Source of the DNA: an uncultured bacterium
Lineage (GTDB): Bacteria; Desulfobacterota_D; UBA1144; Nemesobacterales; UBA2774
Length of the DNA: 64,000 nt
Assembly (NCBI GenBank): GCA_963825135.1
Contig: CAWGRW010000009.1
Coordinates: 2,080,001-2,144,000 of the forward strand
Direction: 5' to 3'
Positions 48,671-59,468 of the stretch are shown here, piece after piece (within the stretch, counting starts at the first letter, position 1; the number at the start of each line of letters is the position of its first letter). The notes under the pieces are model-generated. The model was not told the DNA's origin. It saw only the letters and a list, made by a program, of their open reading frames with translations, and made no database searches. Position numbers and translations under genes: made by a program.

Positions 48671-49015
48671 ATGAGATTAAAAGAGTTTTTTGATTCCATT
48701 ACGGATCGGCTCTACGGGGGAGCGGCGGTCAAGTCCGTTTACGGAGAGCCTATAGAGGCACAGGGGAAGACGATTATCCCTGTGGCCAAGGTCGTCTACG
48801 GCTTCGGCGGGGGATTCGGGGAGACTGGGAAAGATAATAAGAACGGGGCCGACAAAGAGGGCGGCGGCGCGGGGGCCGGGGTACGTGCAAAGCCCGTCGG
48901 GGTTATCGAGGTAACCGAAGAGAGCACCCGTTTCATCCCCTGCTGCGACGGAAGGAAGTACGCCGCGCTTCTGGCGCTGGGTTTTATTGCCGGATTTTTT
49001 ATCGGCAGAAGATGA
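48671..49015 (+). CDS. GerW/YtfJ-family protein
   Basis: VYGEPI..TIIPVAKV.YGFGGG and GGGAGAG..PVGVI motifs. Confidence 0.85.
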   Translation: MRLKEFFDSITDRLYGGAAVKSVYGEPIEAQGKTIIPVAKVVYGFGGGFGETGKDNKNGADKEGGGAGAGVRAKPVGVIEVTEESTRFIPCCDGRKYAALLALGFIAGFFIGRR

Positions 49016-49052
49016 ATTCAGTTTACGGATTCATTATCAGTATCGCCGCGCT

Positions 49053-49487
49053 TCATTTCGTCTTCCTTTCCCCGATTATCGTTACGATCAATTTCCTCGG
49101 CCCGCCCTGGTTACGGTGCTCGCATAGGTAGATACCCTGCCAGGTGCCGAGATTGAGCCTGCCGTCCTTCACGGGGACCGTCACCGAGCTCCCGAGTATA
49201 GACGCCTTAATATGAGCCGGCATGTCGTCCGGGCCTTCGAGCGTATGCTCGTAGTAAGGGGCCTCTTCCGGGACATGTTTATTGAAATGGCTTTCGAAGT
49301 CCTCCCTCACTTCGGGTGAGACGTTTTCGTTTATCGTGAGTGAAGCGGAGGTATGGCATATGAATATATGCGCGATGCCGACCGGGTATTCGGATAGCTC
49401 CTTAATCTGCTCGACTATCTCGCGGGTGACGAGATGGAACCCGCGCCTTTTGGGGGAGAGCGTGATTTCTTTCTGTATGGTGTTCAT
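49053..49487 (-). CDS. yjbQ: YjbQ (UPF0047) protein
   Basis: HTSASLTINEN, DDMPAHIK and LGTWQGIYLCEH motifs; start at MNTIQ. Confidence 0.92.
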   Translation of the reverse strand: MNTIQKEITLSPKRRGFHLVTREIVEQIKELSEYPVGIAHIFICHTSASLTINENVSPEVREDFESHFNKHVPEEAPYYEHTLEGPDDMPAHIKASILGSSVTVPVKDGRLNLGTWQGIYLCEHRNQGGPRKLIVTIIGERKTK

Positions 49488-49510
49488 ATGCAGGGCAGGG
49501 GATTTTACTC

Positions 49511-49990
49511 TCAGCTCCCTTTTTCTTCGATGACGACTGCGCCGAGCCTCCGGGCGAGCCCTTGCGCGCCCCAGCTCATTACTATATCGTGGTTCCACTT
49601 AAAGAGCGGCCTCGCGAGGGGCGCTATGAGGTTCATCCAGGCTTTTGTCGTGTCCACACTCCAGTCATACCTGGCGGTGACGTATTCGCCCCGGTCTTTA
49701 ATATTCCAGACCCCGCGGCCCGAGAGCTCTCCCCGCGCGATCCCTTCAATAACGGTCATGGGCTCGACCCGCACGGTCTCCACGTCGAACTTGAGCCTGT
49801 AGGGGAGCGTGCTCTTCCACGTGTAGCGGCGTATGCTGCCTACGCCGAGGTCGTCCCCCTTTTTCAACTCCCTGACCTCTTCCACCCCCCTCCACCATTC
49901 CGGCCACTTCTCCGAATAATAGATTTCATTCCATACCTTATCCAGAGGGGCTTTCACGCGCCAGACTGTTATGAATTCATATGAAGGCAT
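49511..49990 (-). CDS. SRPBCC/polyketide-cyclase-family protein
   Basis: WPEWW, LPYRL and FKWNHD motifs; start at MPSYEF. Confidence 0.85.
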   Translation of the reverse strand: MPSYEFITVWRVKAPLDKVWNEIYYSEKWPEWWRGVEEVRELKKGDDLGVGSIRRYTWKSTLPYRLKFDVETVRVEPMTVIEGIARGELSGRGVWNIKDRGEYVTARYDWSVDTTKAWMNLIAPLARPLFKWNHDIVMSWGAQGLARRLGAVVIEEKGS

Positions 49991-50039
49991 AATGTTACCG
50001 CGTCTATCATTAAGTATTTCGATGCACCAAGACGCGCGT

Positions 50040-50973
50040 TCAGTCAAAGCCGAAAATCAATTTCCCGACAGCGTCTGCCATAGCGTCGATAAATTTGGGG
50101 TCGTCGTTTACCGTCCTCGCGCGGAGGAGTTTTATTCCCGCTTCCTCCGCCGCTTCCTTCGCCTCTATACCGATGTCGAAGAGCACCTCCACGTGGTCGC
50201 AGAGGAACCCGATCGGCTGGACTACCGTATAGCGTACCCCTTCTTTTGCGATCTCCCGTATGACGTCGCATACGTCGGGCTCGAGCCACGGGTCCTGCGG
50301 GCGTCCGCTCCTGCTCTGATATACGAGCCTCCATCTATCGTGCTTAAGCTCTCTCAGCGATCAGACGCGCGGTTGTCATAAGCTGCTCCACGTATGGAGA
50401 GCTTTCCGCCATAGGAACGGGGACGCTGTGCGCGGAGAAAAGGACCATCGTGTCCTTCCTCTCCTCTGCGGGTATTTCGTCGAAGCATTCGGCTAGACGG
50501 TCGGCCAAGTCTTCGATAAAGAGGGGATGGTCGAAGAGGGGGGTGGTGTATTCGAACTCGATCACTACCCCTGTTTCGGCCATCGCTTCGACAACGTCCA
50601 TCTCGTACCGCTCCCAGCTCGCCTCGCACTGATGCGCGGCCATTATCATGCCTATTGCCTTTTTCACCCCGCGGGCGGCCATCTCTTTGAGCGTATCGGG
50701 GATGAACGGATGCCAGTTCCTCATTCCGACGAACACCGGAATTTCGATGCCGCCATCGGCGAGCCTGTTTTCGAGACCCTTTGCCTGCTTGTACGTGTAT
50801 TCGTTAATCGGGGACCTGCCGCCGATAAGCTCGTAATGGCGGGCGACTTCATCGAGCCTCTCTTTCGGTATGGGCCTTCCCTCGGCTACGAGCTCGAGGA
50901 AAGGGCGGATGTCTTCCGGTTTTTCGGGCCCCCCGTATCCAAGGAGCAGTATTGCGTCGAACTTATCTCGCAT
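50040..50973 (-). CDS. hemH: Ferrochelatase (frameshift near 50350)
   Basis: YGGPE, GGRSPI, GMRNWHP and FSAHS motifs; a shifted frame continues YQSRSG..PWLEPD..GFLCDHVEVLFD to TGA at 50040. Confidence 0.93.
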
Positions 50974-51002
50974 AATAAAATCCTTCCTTGGTTTCGGCTT
51001 TC

Positions 51003-52962
51003 TTAAAGTTTTGCGGCCTGGTATTCGTGAACCGCGTCCACGAGCGCGAGCACGTTATCGACGGGCGTCCGCGGGAGTATGCCGTGGCCGAGGTTGAAAA
51101 TGTGTCCGGGCCTTCCCGAAGCCTTGTCCAGGATCTCTCCGGCTCTCTTTCTTATCTCGGAATGGCCTGCAAACAGGACTACCGGGTCGAGGTTCCCCTG
51201 TACCGCTACGTCGTATCCGACCCTCTTCCATGCGTCCGCCAGATCGACCCTCCAGTCAAACCCTATGACGGAGCTTCCGCATTCCTTCATCATATCGAGG
51301 AGCGTCGACGTTCCCGTGCCGAAATTTATTACGGGTACGCCTTTCTCGATCGAGCCTATGAGCTTTCTCATATGCGGCAAAACGTATTCTCTGTAATCGT
51401 CCGGCGACAGGCAGCCGACCCAGCTGTCGAAGAGCTGAACGGCGTCTGCGCCCGATGCTATCTGTCCGTTGAGGTATTTTCCGGTCGCGTCCGTTAGCTT
51501 CTCCATGAGGGTGTGCCATGCCTCCGGGTCCTTATACATGAGCTGTTTGGTGTTCTCGTAATTCCGCGAGCCCCCTCCCTCTATCACATAGGATGCCACT
51601 GTGAAGGGCGCGCCCGCGAATCCGATGAGCGCCTTTTCGGGGTCGAGAGCGCGGCGCGTAATTCCGACCGCTTCATACACGAACCTCATGGCCTCGGGCT
51701 CGAATTCCCGCATACGGTCTACGGCGTTTCCGGACCTTACAGGCCTTAAAATCCTGGGTCCTTCCCCTTTGGAGAATTCAAGCTCGATTCCGAGGGGTTC
51801 TATGATGAGCAGAATGTCCGAGAATATTATGGCCGCGTCGACGCTGAGCCTGTCCACGGCGCTCAGCGTAACCTCGGCCGCAAGCTCGGGCGTCTTGCAG
51901 AGATCGAGGAAAGTTACCTTCGCCCGGAGCTCCCTGTACTCCCGCATGAACCTTCCGGCCTGGCGCATGAGCCATATCGGGGTGAAATCGGTCTTCTCCC
52001 TCCGGCACGCCTTCATGAACGCAGAATTATATGTAATGTCCTTATTCGTTTTATCCTTATCGCTGTTCCAGACCATCTGAACGCGGCGCCAGCTGTTCGT
52101 ATCCACACCGTTTTTGCGGGCCGTCCTCTTCTTCCTGAGAAGCTCGCTCCCGCACCTCGCCATCTCGCGTATTAGGTTCCCCATCTTCGGACTGTCGGGC
52201 TCGTAATCGGCCGCGAGTCCGAACCTGGCGAGAGCCTCCGTCGTCGTCGGCCCTATGGAGCCTATTACAATGTCTTTGAATCCCTCATTGAGGCGGTCTT
52301 CGAGCCCCTCCTCGGATGCTATCTTGAACAGGTTGTAAATCTGCTGGGAGCTCGTGAAAAGCGAAATGTCTTCGTTCTTATCCGTTATAGACTTTATTGC
52401 TTCTCGAAGCGGTTTTGTATCTTCCGGAAGGTCCCACTTATATACGGGTACGGCTGTAACGTAAGCGCCGCGGTTTTTGAGCTCCTCCAGGAACTCTTCG
52501 TTCGAGATTCCGTACTCCTGGACCGCGACGTTCTTACCTCTCACGGCGAGCTCGGCGTCGAGTGTCGAGAGCACGTCGCGCCATGTGTTGGGCTCGGGGA
52601 CTGTGATGTCGGGATCGAGCCCGAGCTCCCTGAGAGCGGCTACGGGCTTCGGGCCGCGCGCCACGATCTTGGTTTTTGCCGAGGGCTTTGGTGAATTCAT
52701 CGAGAGGGTATTTTTTGGAGACGGCCTCCGCGAGCGAGCGAGCGCCGACGCCGGTCATGAAGATTACGATGTCGAATTTGTCCTGTAAGAGCTTTCCCGC
52801 GAATTTCAGGGCGTCCCCGGATTCTGATAGCGGGACCTCCCTCATGGAAGGCGCCACCCTCGGCACCCCTCCGTGATAGAGTATCAGCTTCTCTATCTCC
52901 TTCGCTCTCCGGCTTTCAAACGCCGTGACCCTGAGTCCGTCGAATGAAAAATTACTCGTCAT
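51003..52962 (-). CDS. hemE: Uroporphyrinogen-III synthase / uroporphyrinogen decarboxylase fusion (frameshift near 52675)
   Basis: HemD part FESRR, MTGVG, ARGPKP, PVYKW, SIGP; HemE part PIWLMRQAGR, AAIIFSDIL, FNLGHG. Confidence 0.92.
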
Positions 52963-53124
52963 TTTGGCTGGTTATAAATATATATCTGAGTTTATCACAG
53001 GAGCGAAAACGGTCAATTTCGGAAGAGGCCGGATCGGGCAGAGCGACCGTAATCACGCCCGCTTGATATTAAACCCCTTATTTCATATAATCCCCTTTAC
53101 ACCAATTAACTCCGGAGACGAAAA

Positions 53125-53719
53125 ATGGGAAAGAAGGTCGAATTCTACTACGATTTCAGCAGTCCTTACACATACATAGCCTCAACGAGGATAGAGAAGA
53201 TTATGCAAGGACAACGGGGCCGATCTCGAATGGAAGCCCTTCTTGCTGGGCGGGCTCTTCAACGACACGGGCGTGAAACCGGCGATAGAGATCGGTAACA
53301 AATTTGCATATGCAAAGCAGGACACACAGGATTCGGCGAAGCATTACGGTGTCGATTTTAAATTCCCCGCTATTTTCCCTCTCAACAGTGTAAAGTCAAT
53401 GAGGGGGGCTTTAGCCGCTTCGGAAAAGGGTAAACTGGCCGAATATAACCATGAGATGTTCAGGCTCTACTGGACCGAGGGACGGGACCTGAGCAAGGAC
53501 GACGTGCTCAAGGAAGCTGTCGCCGGTGTCGGGCTCGACCCGGAGTGGTTTATTGCGCGCATAGGGGAGCAGGATATTAAAGACAGGCTCAGGGAGGAGA
53601 CCTCGAAAGCGGCCGCGCGCGGGGCGTTCGGGGCTCCCACCATATTCATAGGGGAGAAGATGTTCTGGGGGAACGACAGGCTCGATTATGCGGACAATTA
53701 TTTGAAGGGGAAGTTGTAG
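53125..53719 (+). CDS. 2-hydroxychromene-2-carboxylate isomerase / DsbA-like protein (frameshift near 53201)
   Basis: ATG at 53125 gives MGKKVEFYYDFSSPYTY; the downstream frame has WKPFLLGG, GAFGAPT and FWGNDRL. Confidence 0.9.
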
Positions 53720-53832
53720 AACGCCGCGGCAAGCTGCTAATTCCGGATAGATTCCGGCTTTAATCATCCCTGTTTTCATTTGAATTAGTTTGTGTAAATT
53801 CTTCCCAGTTCGTTCCAAGGAGAATTCGGACC

Positions 53833-55095
53833 ATGCACAATTCCTATCGATACAGAGACGGTGAGTTCTACGTCGAGGACGTCCCTCTAAGAAAGATCGC
53901 GGAGGCCGTCGGGACCCCGTGCTACATATACAGCTACGCGGTGCTGAGGGACGCGTTCCTGAGCTACAGGGACGCCTTTTCCGGCATCGATACGCTCTTG
54001 TGCTATTCGGTGAAGGCGAATTCCAATCTCGCCGTCCTGAACGCGTTCGCCGGGCTCGGGGCTGGGTTCGATATCGTTTCTCTGGGCGAGCTCATAAGGG
54101 TAAAGCGCGCCGGGGGAGACCCGTCGAAAGTCGTATTTTCAGGCGTAGGGAAAACTGAAGAGGAGATGAGGGCCGCGATAGAAGCGGGGATACTCTTCTT
54201 TAACGTGGAATCGGTCGAGGAGCTTCGCCTGCTCAACAAGGTCGGGAAAGAGCTCGGCAGGAAAGCGCCCGTTGCACTCCGCGTGAATCCGGACATAGAC
54301 CCGAAGACCCACCCCTATATCTCCACCGGCTTTAAAAAGAGCAAATTCGGTATCGAGATTGGAAAGGCGGTCGAGGTCTATGAGGAAGCGGGCGCAATGG
54401 ACGGTATCCGTGTCACCGCTATAGACGCGCACATCGGCTCCCAGATATTCGAGCTCACACCCTTTGTCGATTCGTTAACGAAGCTCGTGAATCTGGCGGA
54501 CGATCTCATAGAGAAAGGCGTAGGTATAGAATACATCGACATCGGAGGCGGACTCGGGATAAGCTACAAGATGGACGAGATACCTCCCCATCCGAAGGAA
54601 TATGCCGGGGTGATAACGGGTCTCGTCGGCGGAAAGCCCTATAAGCTCGTGCTCGAGCCGGGGAGGTCTCTCGTCGGCAATGCGGGCATGCTCGTAACGA
54701 AGGTCTTGTTCCTGAAGGAAGGGACGGCAAAGAAGTTCGTTATCGTCGATGCGGCGATGAACGACCTCATACGCCCGGCGTTCTACGAGTCATACCACGA
54801 GATTCTTACTGTGAGCGGGCCCGCCAAGGCCGTTGAAAAGGTCGATGTCGTCGGGCCAATATGCGAGTCGGGTGACTTCCTCGCGAAGGATAGAAAGTTC
54901 CCGAGGGTAAAGAGCGGCGACCTGCTTGCGGTCATGAGCGCGGGCGCATACGGGTTCGCGATGTCCTCCAACTACAATACCCGGCCCAGAGTACCCGAAG
55001 TGCTCGTAAAGGGCGGCGAGTTCCGCGTTGTCAGGAAGAGGGAGACCTACGACGAAATGCTGAGCGGGGAATCGATCCCCGAATTCGGCGGCTAG
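53833..55095 (+). CDS. lysA: Diaminopimelate decarboxylase
   Basis: YSVKAN, HIGSQ, EPGR, VGPICESGD and GAYG motifs. Confidence 0.97.
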   Translation: MHNSYRYRDGEFYVEDVPLRKIAEAVGTPCYIYSYAVLRDAFLSYRDAFSGIDTLLCYSVKANSNLAVLNAFAGLGAGFDIVSLGELIRVKRAGGDPSKVVFSGVGKTEEEMRAAIEAGILFFNVESVEELRLLNKVGKELGRKAPVALRVNPDIDPKTHPYISTGFKKSKFGIEIGKAVEVYEEAGAMDGIRVTAIDAHIGSQIFELTPFVDSLTKLVNLADDLIEKGVGIEYIDIGGGLGISYKMDEIPPHPKEYAGVITGLVGGKPYKLVLEPGRSLVGNAGMLVTKVLFLKEGTAKKFVIVDAAMNDLIRPAFYESYHEILTVSGPAKAVEKVDVVGPICESGDFLAKDRKFPRVKSGDLLAVMSAGAYGFAMSSNYNTRPRVPEVLVKGGEFRVVRKRETYDEMLSGESIPEFGG

Positions 55096-55251
55096 TACTC
55101 GGGACCGAACCCTTGCGGCATAACGATTGGATGTATTGAGCCGTGCATCCCCGAAAGAGCATAGCTGCGCAACCCTCCGATCCGTGGAAGAGGCCGGAAA
55201 TGTCACATTTCACTTGTGCATGGATACGGGCAAATTCCCTTGCGGGAATGA

Positions 55252-55503
55252 CTAACCGAAGGTGCTGCTGCTCACGGTAGTGTCGATGAGCTTCTCGGCT
55301 TCCTGTATCACCTCTCCCAGTCTCTCTTTGAAGAGGTTGATTCCGCCGAGCGGGATTACGATGCAGGACCTGCCGCCGCTGAGCTCCGTTATTCTGAGAT
55401 ATTTGCCTTTGTGATTTTCTTTCACATCGAAGAAAAAACGCTTCGATTCTATGTCGACATGCTTGCTCGCATGTTCCTTCTCGTCTTTCTCGAGTCTGTC
55501 CAT
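55252..55503 (-). CDS. Single PUR-domain (Pur-alpha-like) nucleic-acid-binding protein
   Basis: SKHVDIESKRFFFDVKEN..GKYLRITE..RSCIVIP matches a PUR repeat. Confidence 0.85.
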   Translation of the reverse strand: MDRLEKDEKEHASKHVDIESKRFFFDVKENHKGKYLRITELSGGRSCIVIPLGGINLFKERLGEVIQEAEKLIDTTVSSSTFG

Positions 55504-55674
55504 TATCTTTCTACCTCCGCCTCTTTCCCGCTCGTATTATGAAGGGAATTCGATGTTGTGGTGTATTAGGGTAGGAAATAATAACTCTTGGTTTTACAAA
55601 AATCAAGATAATAGTTTAAAATAATTTTGTGTATAATTCCTGAGCGTTATGAGTAGTATAGGGGGTCTCCGAAA

Positions 55675-56724
55675 GTGGGTAAAAACATTAGATTCGGTAT
55701 TACCGCGCCGGTCCCCGGCGAGTCCGTCGAGGGGCTGATCGGGTTCGCGAAAACCGCCGAGGACGCAGGGTTCGACACGCTCTGGTTCCCGGACCACATC
55801 GTATTCATGGCCAATAGAATCACCCCTGAAGTCTGGTCGGTCGTGACGGCCGCGGCCGTGAAGACGGGGAAAATAAAAATGGGCACGGTCGGCGACGCGC
55901 ACAGGATGCACCCCGCGGTATTCGCACACCGCCTCGCGACTGTGGACCGTATTTCGAACGGGAGGATTTTCGTATGTGTCGGGTACGGAGAAAAAATGAA
56001 TCTCGATCCCTACGGCATAGCATGGGACAGGCCTCTCACGCGCGTCGAGGAATCGATAAAAATTATGCGCGCGCTGTGGAGCGGGGGACCCGTGAATTTC
56101 GACGGGCAGATATACAAGCTCAAAGACGCGGAGCTCAGGATAGAGCCGGTCAACGATAAGCGAGTCCCTATTTACGTGGCCGCCACGGGCCCGAGGGCGC
56201 TCAGGTTGGCCGGCAAGTTCGGGGACGGATGGGTGACCAACGCCATGCCCCCGAGGCTCTTCGCGGACAAAGCCCTCGCGGTCGGGGAAGGGGCGCGGGA
56301 CAGGGAGGACGGATCGGCCGGGCCCGAGAAGACGCTCTATATATTCACCTCTATAGCGGGGAGCAAGGACGAGGCCTACAAATCGCTCGAGCCGATCAAG
56401 CACGCGTTGATCTGGCCCGAGCTCCTCACACAGGCCGGATACGACATCGAGATCGACGATGAATACAGGGGGCTCGAATACACGAAAATTATGCCTAACG
56501 ACACCGGGATGCTGAAGCGGTTCAAAGAGATGGGCGATAAATACTATTCGCGGGAAATCGTATTCGATTTCGTCGCCGCGGGCTCGAAGAAGGACGTAAT
56601 AGCGAGGCTCGAAGAATACGCCGATGCGGGGGTCGAGCACTTCATATTAAGGGACTTCAGCGCCAACAGGGAAATGTCGATGGAAATATTGTCCGGGGAA
56701 ATAATCCCGTATTTCAGAAAATAA
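55675..56724 (+). CDS. LLM-class (luciferase-like) flavin/F420-dependent oxidoreductase
   Basis: AEDAGFDTLWFPDH, DRISNGR and PIYVAATGP..AGKFGDGW motifs. Confidence 0.9.
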   Translation: MGKNIRFGITAPVPGESVEGLIGFAKTAEDAGFDTLWFPDHIVFMANRITPEVWSVVTAAAVKTGKIKMGTVGDAHRMHPAVFAHRLATVDRISNGRIFVCVGYGEKMNLDPYGIAWDRPLTRVEESIKIMRALWSGGPVNFDGQIYKLKDAELRIEPVNDKRVPIYVAATGPRALRLAGKFGDGWVTNAMPPRLFADKALAVGEGARDREDGSAGPEKTLYIFTSIAGSKDEAYKSLEPIKHALIWPELLTQAGYDIEIDDEYRGLEYTKIMPNDTGMLKRFKEMGDKYYSREIVFDFVAAGSKKDVIARLEEYADAGVEHFILRDFSANREMSMEILSGEIIPYFRK

Positions 56725-56774
56725 ATTTATCCATGATTTGATAACGGACGCGTGAGTAATGTATCTGGACAGAC

Positions 56775-57326
56775 TCAGTGCCTTATCCTGGAAAGCCGGG
56801 CGGTGAAGCTCTTAAAGAGGTCTCCCTGGTTCTCAGGGCCGAAATAGACCCTCCTCATGTAATCGAGCGCGCCGGAGTAGAATTCGAATTCCCTCGAAAG
56901 CTTGCTGAACATGATGGGATTCCCTTCTCCCCTCTCCAGGTCGAGTCTGGACACCACGAAGTAGGATTTCATCCCCTCGTTCATGTAATAACGGAGGTAA
57001 GAGCCCCTGTTTACGTAGTCCCTGAATATGCCGCTCATGAATAGCGCGAAATCCCCCACGTACTTCCTCATTTCCCTCTCATACGCGGAATCGTTCGCCT
57101 GAATGTTCTTGCTCTCGAGGAGCATATGCACTATCGTGTGTATCTTTTTTCCTTCCGAGTCGGTTATTTTATAAAGGCTCTCGGCGCGGGCGAATTCGGT
57201 GAGCATGTCTATTAAATAGACAGCCGCGTCCCTGTCTTTTTCTTTCCCAAGGTCGAGGAAGCTCATGTTAACGAGGCTCCTGAAGAACGATTTGATGGAA
57301 GCAGAGTTGATTTTACCTGTGGTCAT
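56775..57326 (-). CDS. Hypothetical helical protein
   Basis: 183-aa ORF with an RKYVGDFALFMSGIF core; fits between neighbouring genes. Confidence 0.7.
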   Translation of the reverse strand: MTTGKINSASIKSFFRSLVNMSFLDLGKEKDRDAAVYLIDMLTEFARAESLYKITDSEGKKIHTIVHMLLESKNIQANDSAYEREMRKYVGDFALFMSGIFRDYVNRGSYLRYYMNEGMKSYFVVSRLDLERGEGNPIMFSKLSREFEFYSGALDYMRRVYFGPENQGDLFKSFTARLSRIRH

Positions 57327-57510
57327 CGCGCGTATACCCCCGTTCAGCTTCGTTGAGTATAATACAAATTTAGCAAATGATTCGGCTATATGTCAACTGG
57401 TAATTTGGACAGGCCGGGAGCTAAGAAAAAAAAGATTGCCCGGATGGAGCGTCTTCCCGCAGGATGGGTCTCCGGAATGGCGAAAAAGTGATATTCAAAA
57501 GGACACTCTC

Positions 57511-57963
57511 ATGGCAAGGATAAAGATGGAGTACCCCGGGGACGCGGCATTTTCCGCTGAAATAGAGCTGAGGATAAGCGATATAAACTACGGAGGGCAT
57601 CTGGGGCACGATTCCATTCTGTCCCTCACGCACGAGGCCAGGGTCAGGTTCTTCAGACACTTCGGATTCTCCGAGCTCAATGTGGACGGGCCCGGGATAA
57701 TATTGTCAGACGTCGCGATAGTCTATAAATCGGAGAGCTTCTACGGGGAGACCATGATAGTGGAGGTCGCCGTGTGCGATTTCGTCAAATACGGATGCGA
57801 CCTCGTTTACAGGCTCCGCGAGAAGGAGACGGGCAGGGAGGTCGCGCTCGCCAAGACCGGGATCGTGTTCATGGATTACGCCGAGCGGAAGGTCGTCCCC
57901 ATACCCGGGAAGTTCAAGGCGCTCTTCAAGGAGCAGGGGTATTTCCTGGAGATACAGCCTTAA
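57511..57963 (+). CDS. Hotdog-fold thioesterase
   Basis: RISDINYGGHLG and HEARVRF motifs; start at MARIK with an AAGGA RBS. Confidence 0.88.
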   Translation: MARIKMEYPGDAAFSAEIELRISDINYGGHLGHDSILSLTHEARVRFFRHFGFSELNVDGPGIILSDVAIVYKSESFYGETMIVEVAVCDFVKYGCDLVYRLREKETGREVALAKTGIVFMDYAERKVVPIPGKFKALFKEQGYFLEIQP

Positions 57964-58062
57964 CAGCGGATTGTCGAGTAAACCATTACGAGACGAGCTG
58001 ATCGCAATGCTCGATATGATATGACTCTTCAAGACGGGAATCGGTGAGCGAGGAAAGAGCGA

Positions 58063-58084
58063 GGGGAGGGCGTTTACCCTCCCC
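58063..58084. terminator. Stem-loop between convergent genes
   Basis: GGGGAGGG/CCCTCCCC inverted repeat. Confidence 0.55.
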
Positions 58085-58102
58085 CCGGTTAATTATCCAG
58101 AG

Positions 58103-59299
58103 TTAACTCTTTTCCTTTTCAACTATAATCGCGATACCCATACCGCCTCCGATGCAGAGTGCGGCGAGACCGCGCTTTACTTTCTTTCTCTTTTCCATCT
58201 CGTGAAGGAGCGTGACGAGAATTCTCGTACCTGAAGCGCCGATCGGGTGGCCGAGCGCTATGGCGCCGCCGTTCACGTTGATCTTCTCTTCGGGTATCGG
58301 GAGGTCCCTAAGCACCGCGAGGGACTGCGCCGCGAAGGCCTCGTTCAACTCGAATAGGTCTATGTCGTCGAGAGAGAGCTTGGCCTTGTCAAGAGCCTTC
58401 TGAATCGCCGGAACCGGGCCGATGCCCATGATGGAGGGGTCTACTCCGCCCACGGCGTAGGCAATGATAGACGCAACGGGCTTGAGTCCCAGGTCTTTCG
58501 CCTTCTTCTCCGACGTGACCAGCACGGCCGCGGCGCCGTCGTTGATGCCAGACGCGTTACCCGCGGAAACGGTCCCGCCCACTTTGAACACAGCGCGGAG
58601 ACCCTTCAGGGTTTCAAGGGTCGTATCGCCCTTCGGGTGCTCGTCCCTTTCGAAAGGAATGGGATCGCCTCTCCTCTGGGGGATCATTATCGGCACGATC
58701 TCGTCCTTGAACTTCCCCTCGTCCTGAGCAGCCTTGCACTTCATCTGGCTCTTGTATGCGAATGCGTCCTGCTCGTCTTTTGTAATGTTGTAGGATTCCG
58801 CGAGGTTCTCCGCGGTTACGCCCATGTGGTAGTCGTTGAATATGTCCCAGAGGCCGTCGTACACCATGCCGTCCACGATTTCGTCCTTGGGCATGCCCAT
58901 CCTGTAGCCGTAACGGGCTTTCTGCAGATAGAAGGGGGCGAGGTTCATGTTCTCCGAGCCGCCGGCGATTATCGCCTCGGAGTCCCCGGCCTTGATAGCC
59001 TGCGCGGCGAGCGCAATCGACTGGACGCCTGACCCGCATACCCTGTTGATAGTGAATGCAGGGGTTTCCACGGGCAGTCCCGCCTCTATAGCGATCTGTC
59101 TCGATATATTCATTCCCTGCCCCGCGCTCAGGATGTTCCCCATGATGCAGTCGTCAATTTCCTTGGGATCTACCCCTGTACGGTCCAATATTTCCTTTAC
59201 AACCGCGGCCCCTAACTTTGCCGGACTTATATCTTTCAATGTGCCGCCAAAAGCCCCAATCGCAGTTCTTAGCGGTTCGCTAATTACGACTTTCTGCAT
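58103..59299 (-). CDS. Acetyl-CoA C-acetyltransferase (thiolase)
   Basis: [20 protein letters not shown] and LCIGGG motifs. Confidence 0.96.
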   Translation of the reverse strand: MQKVVISEPLRTAIGAFGGTLKDISPAKLGAAVVKEILDRTGVDPKEIDDCIMGNILSAGQGMNISRQIAIEAGLPVETPAFTINRVCGSGVQSIALAAQAIKAGDSEAIIAGGSENMNLAPFYLQKARYGYRMGMPKDEIVDGMVYDGLWDIFNDYHMGVTAENLAESYNITKDEQDAFAYKSQMKCKAAQDEGKFKDEIVPIMIPQRRGDPIPFERDEHPKGDTTLETLKGLRAVFKVGGTVSAGNASGINDGAAAVLVTSEKKAKDLGLKPVASIIAYAVGGVDPSIMGIGPVPAIQKALDKAKLSLDDIDLFELNEAFAAQSLAVLRDLPIPEEKINVNGGAIALGHPIGASGTRILVTLLHEMEKRKKVKRGLAALCIGGGMGIAIIVEKEKS

Positions 59300-59468
59300 A
59301 GTTCTAACCTCCTAGATTTTTATTCCCTAATAATGCCGTGAGGGGATTTTACATTAAGGCTTTTTATTTGCAAGTTCGCGGGACCCGGTCTTGACAATGA
59401 TACGGGGTTTGGGTAACCCGTTAGTGATTTTTACCTGATAATCTATATCTATTTGGAGTATAGCATAC

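Noticed and set aside
50044..50334. 96-aa ORF downstream of truncated hemH
   Set aside because: Wrong frame; another frame over the same bases encodes the ferrochelatase C-terminus.
52665..52685. Programmed frameshift in hemD-hemE
   Set aside because: It would truncate HemD mid-domain, and five similar +1 insertions nearby favour sequencing error.
55603..56640. 345-aa minus-strand ORF
   Set aside because: Antisense shadow of the LLM oxidoreductase gene.
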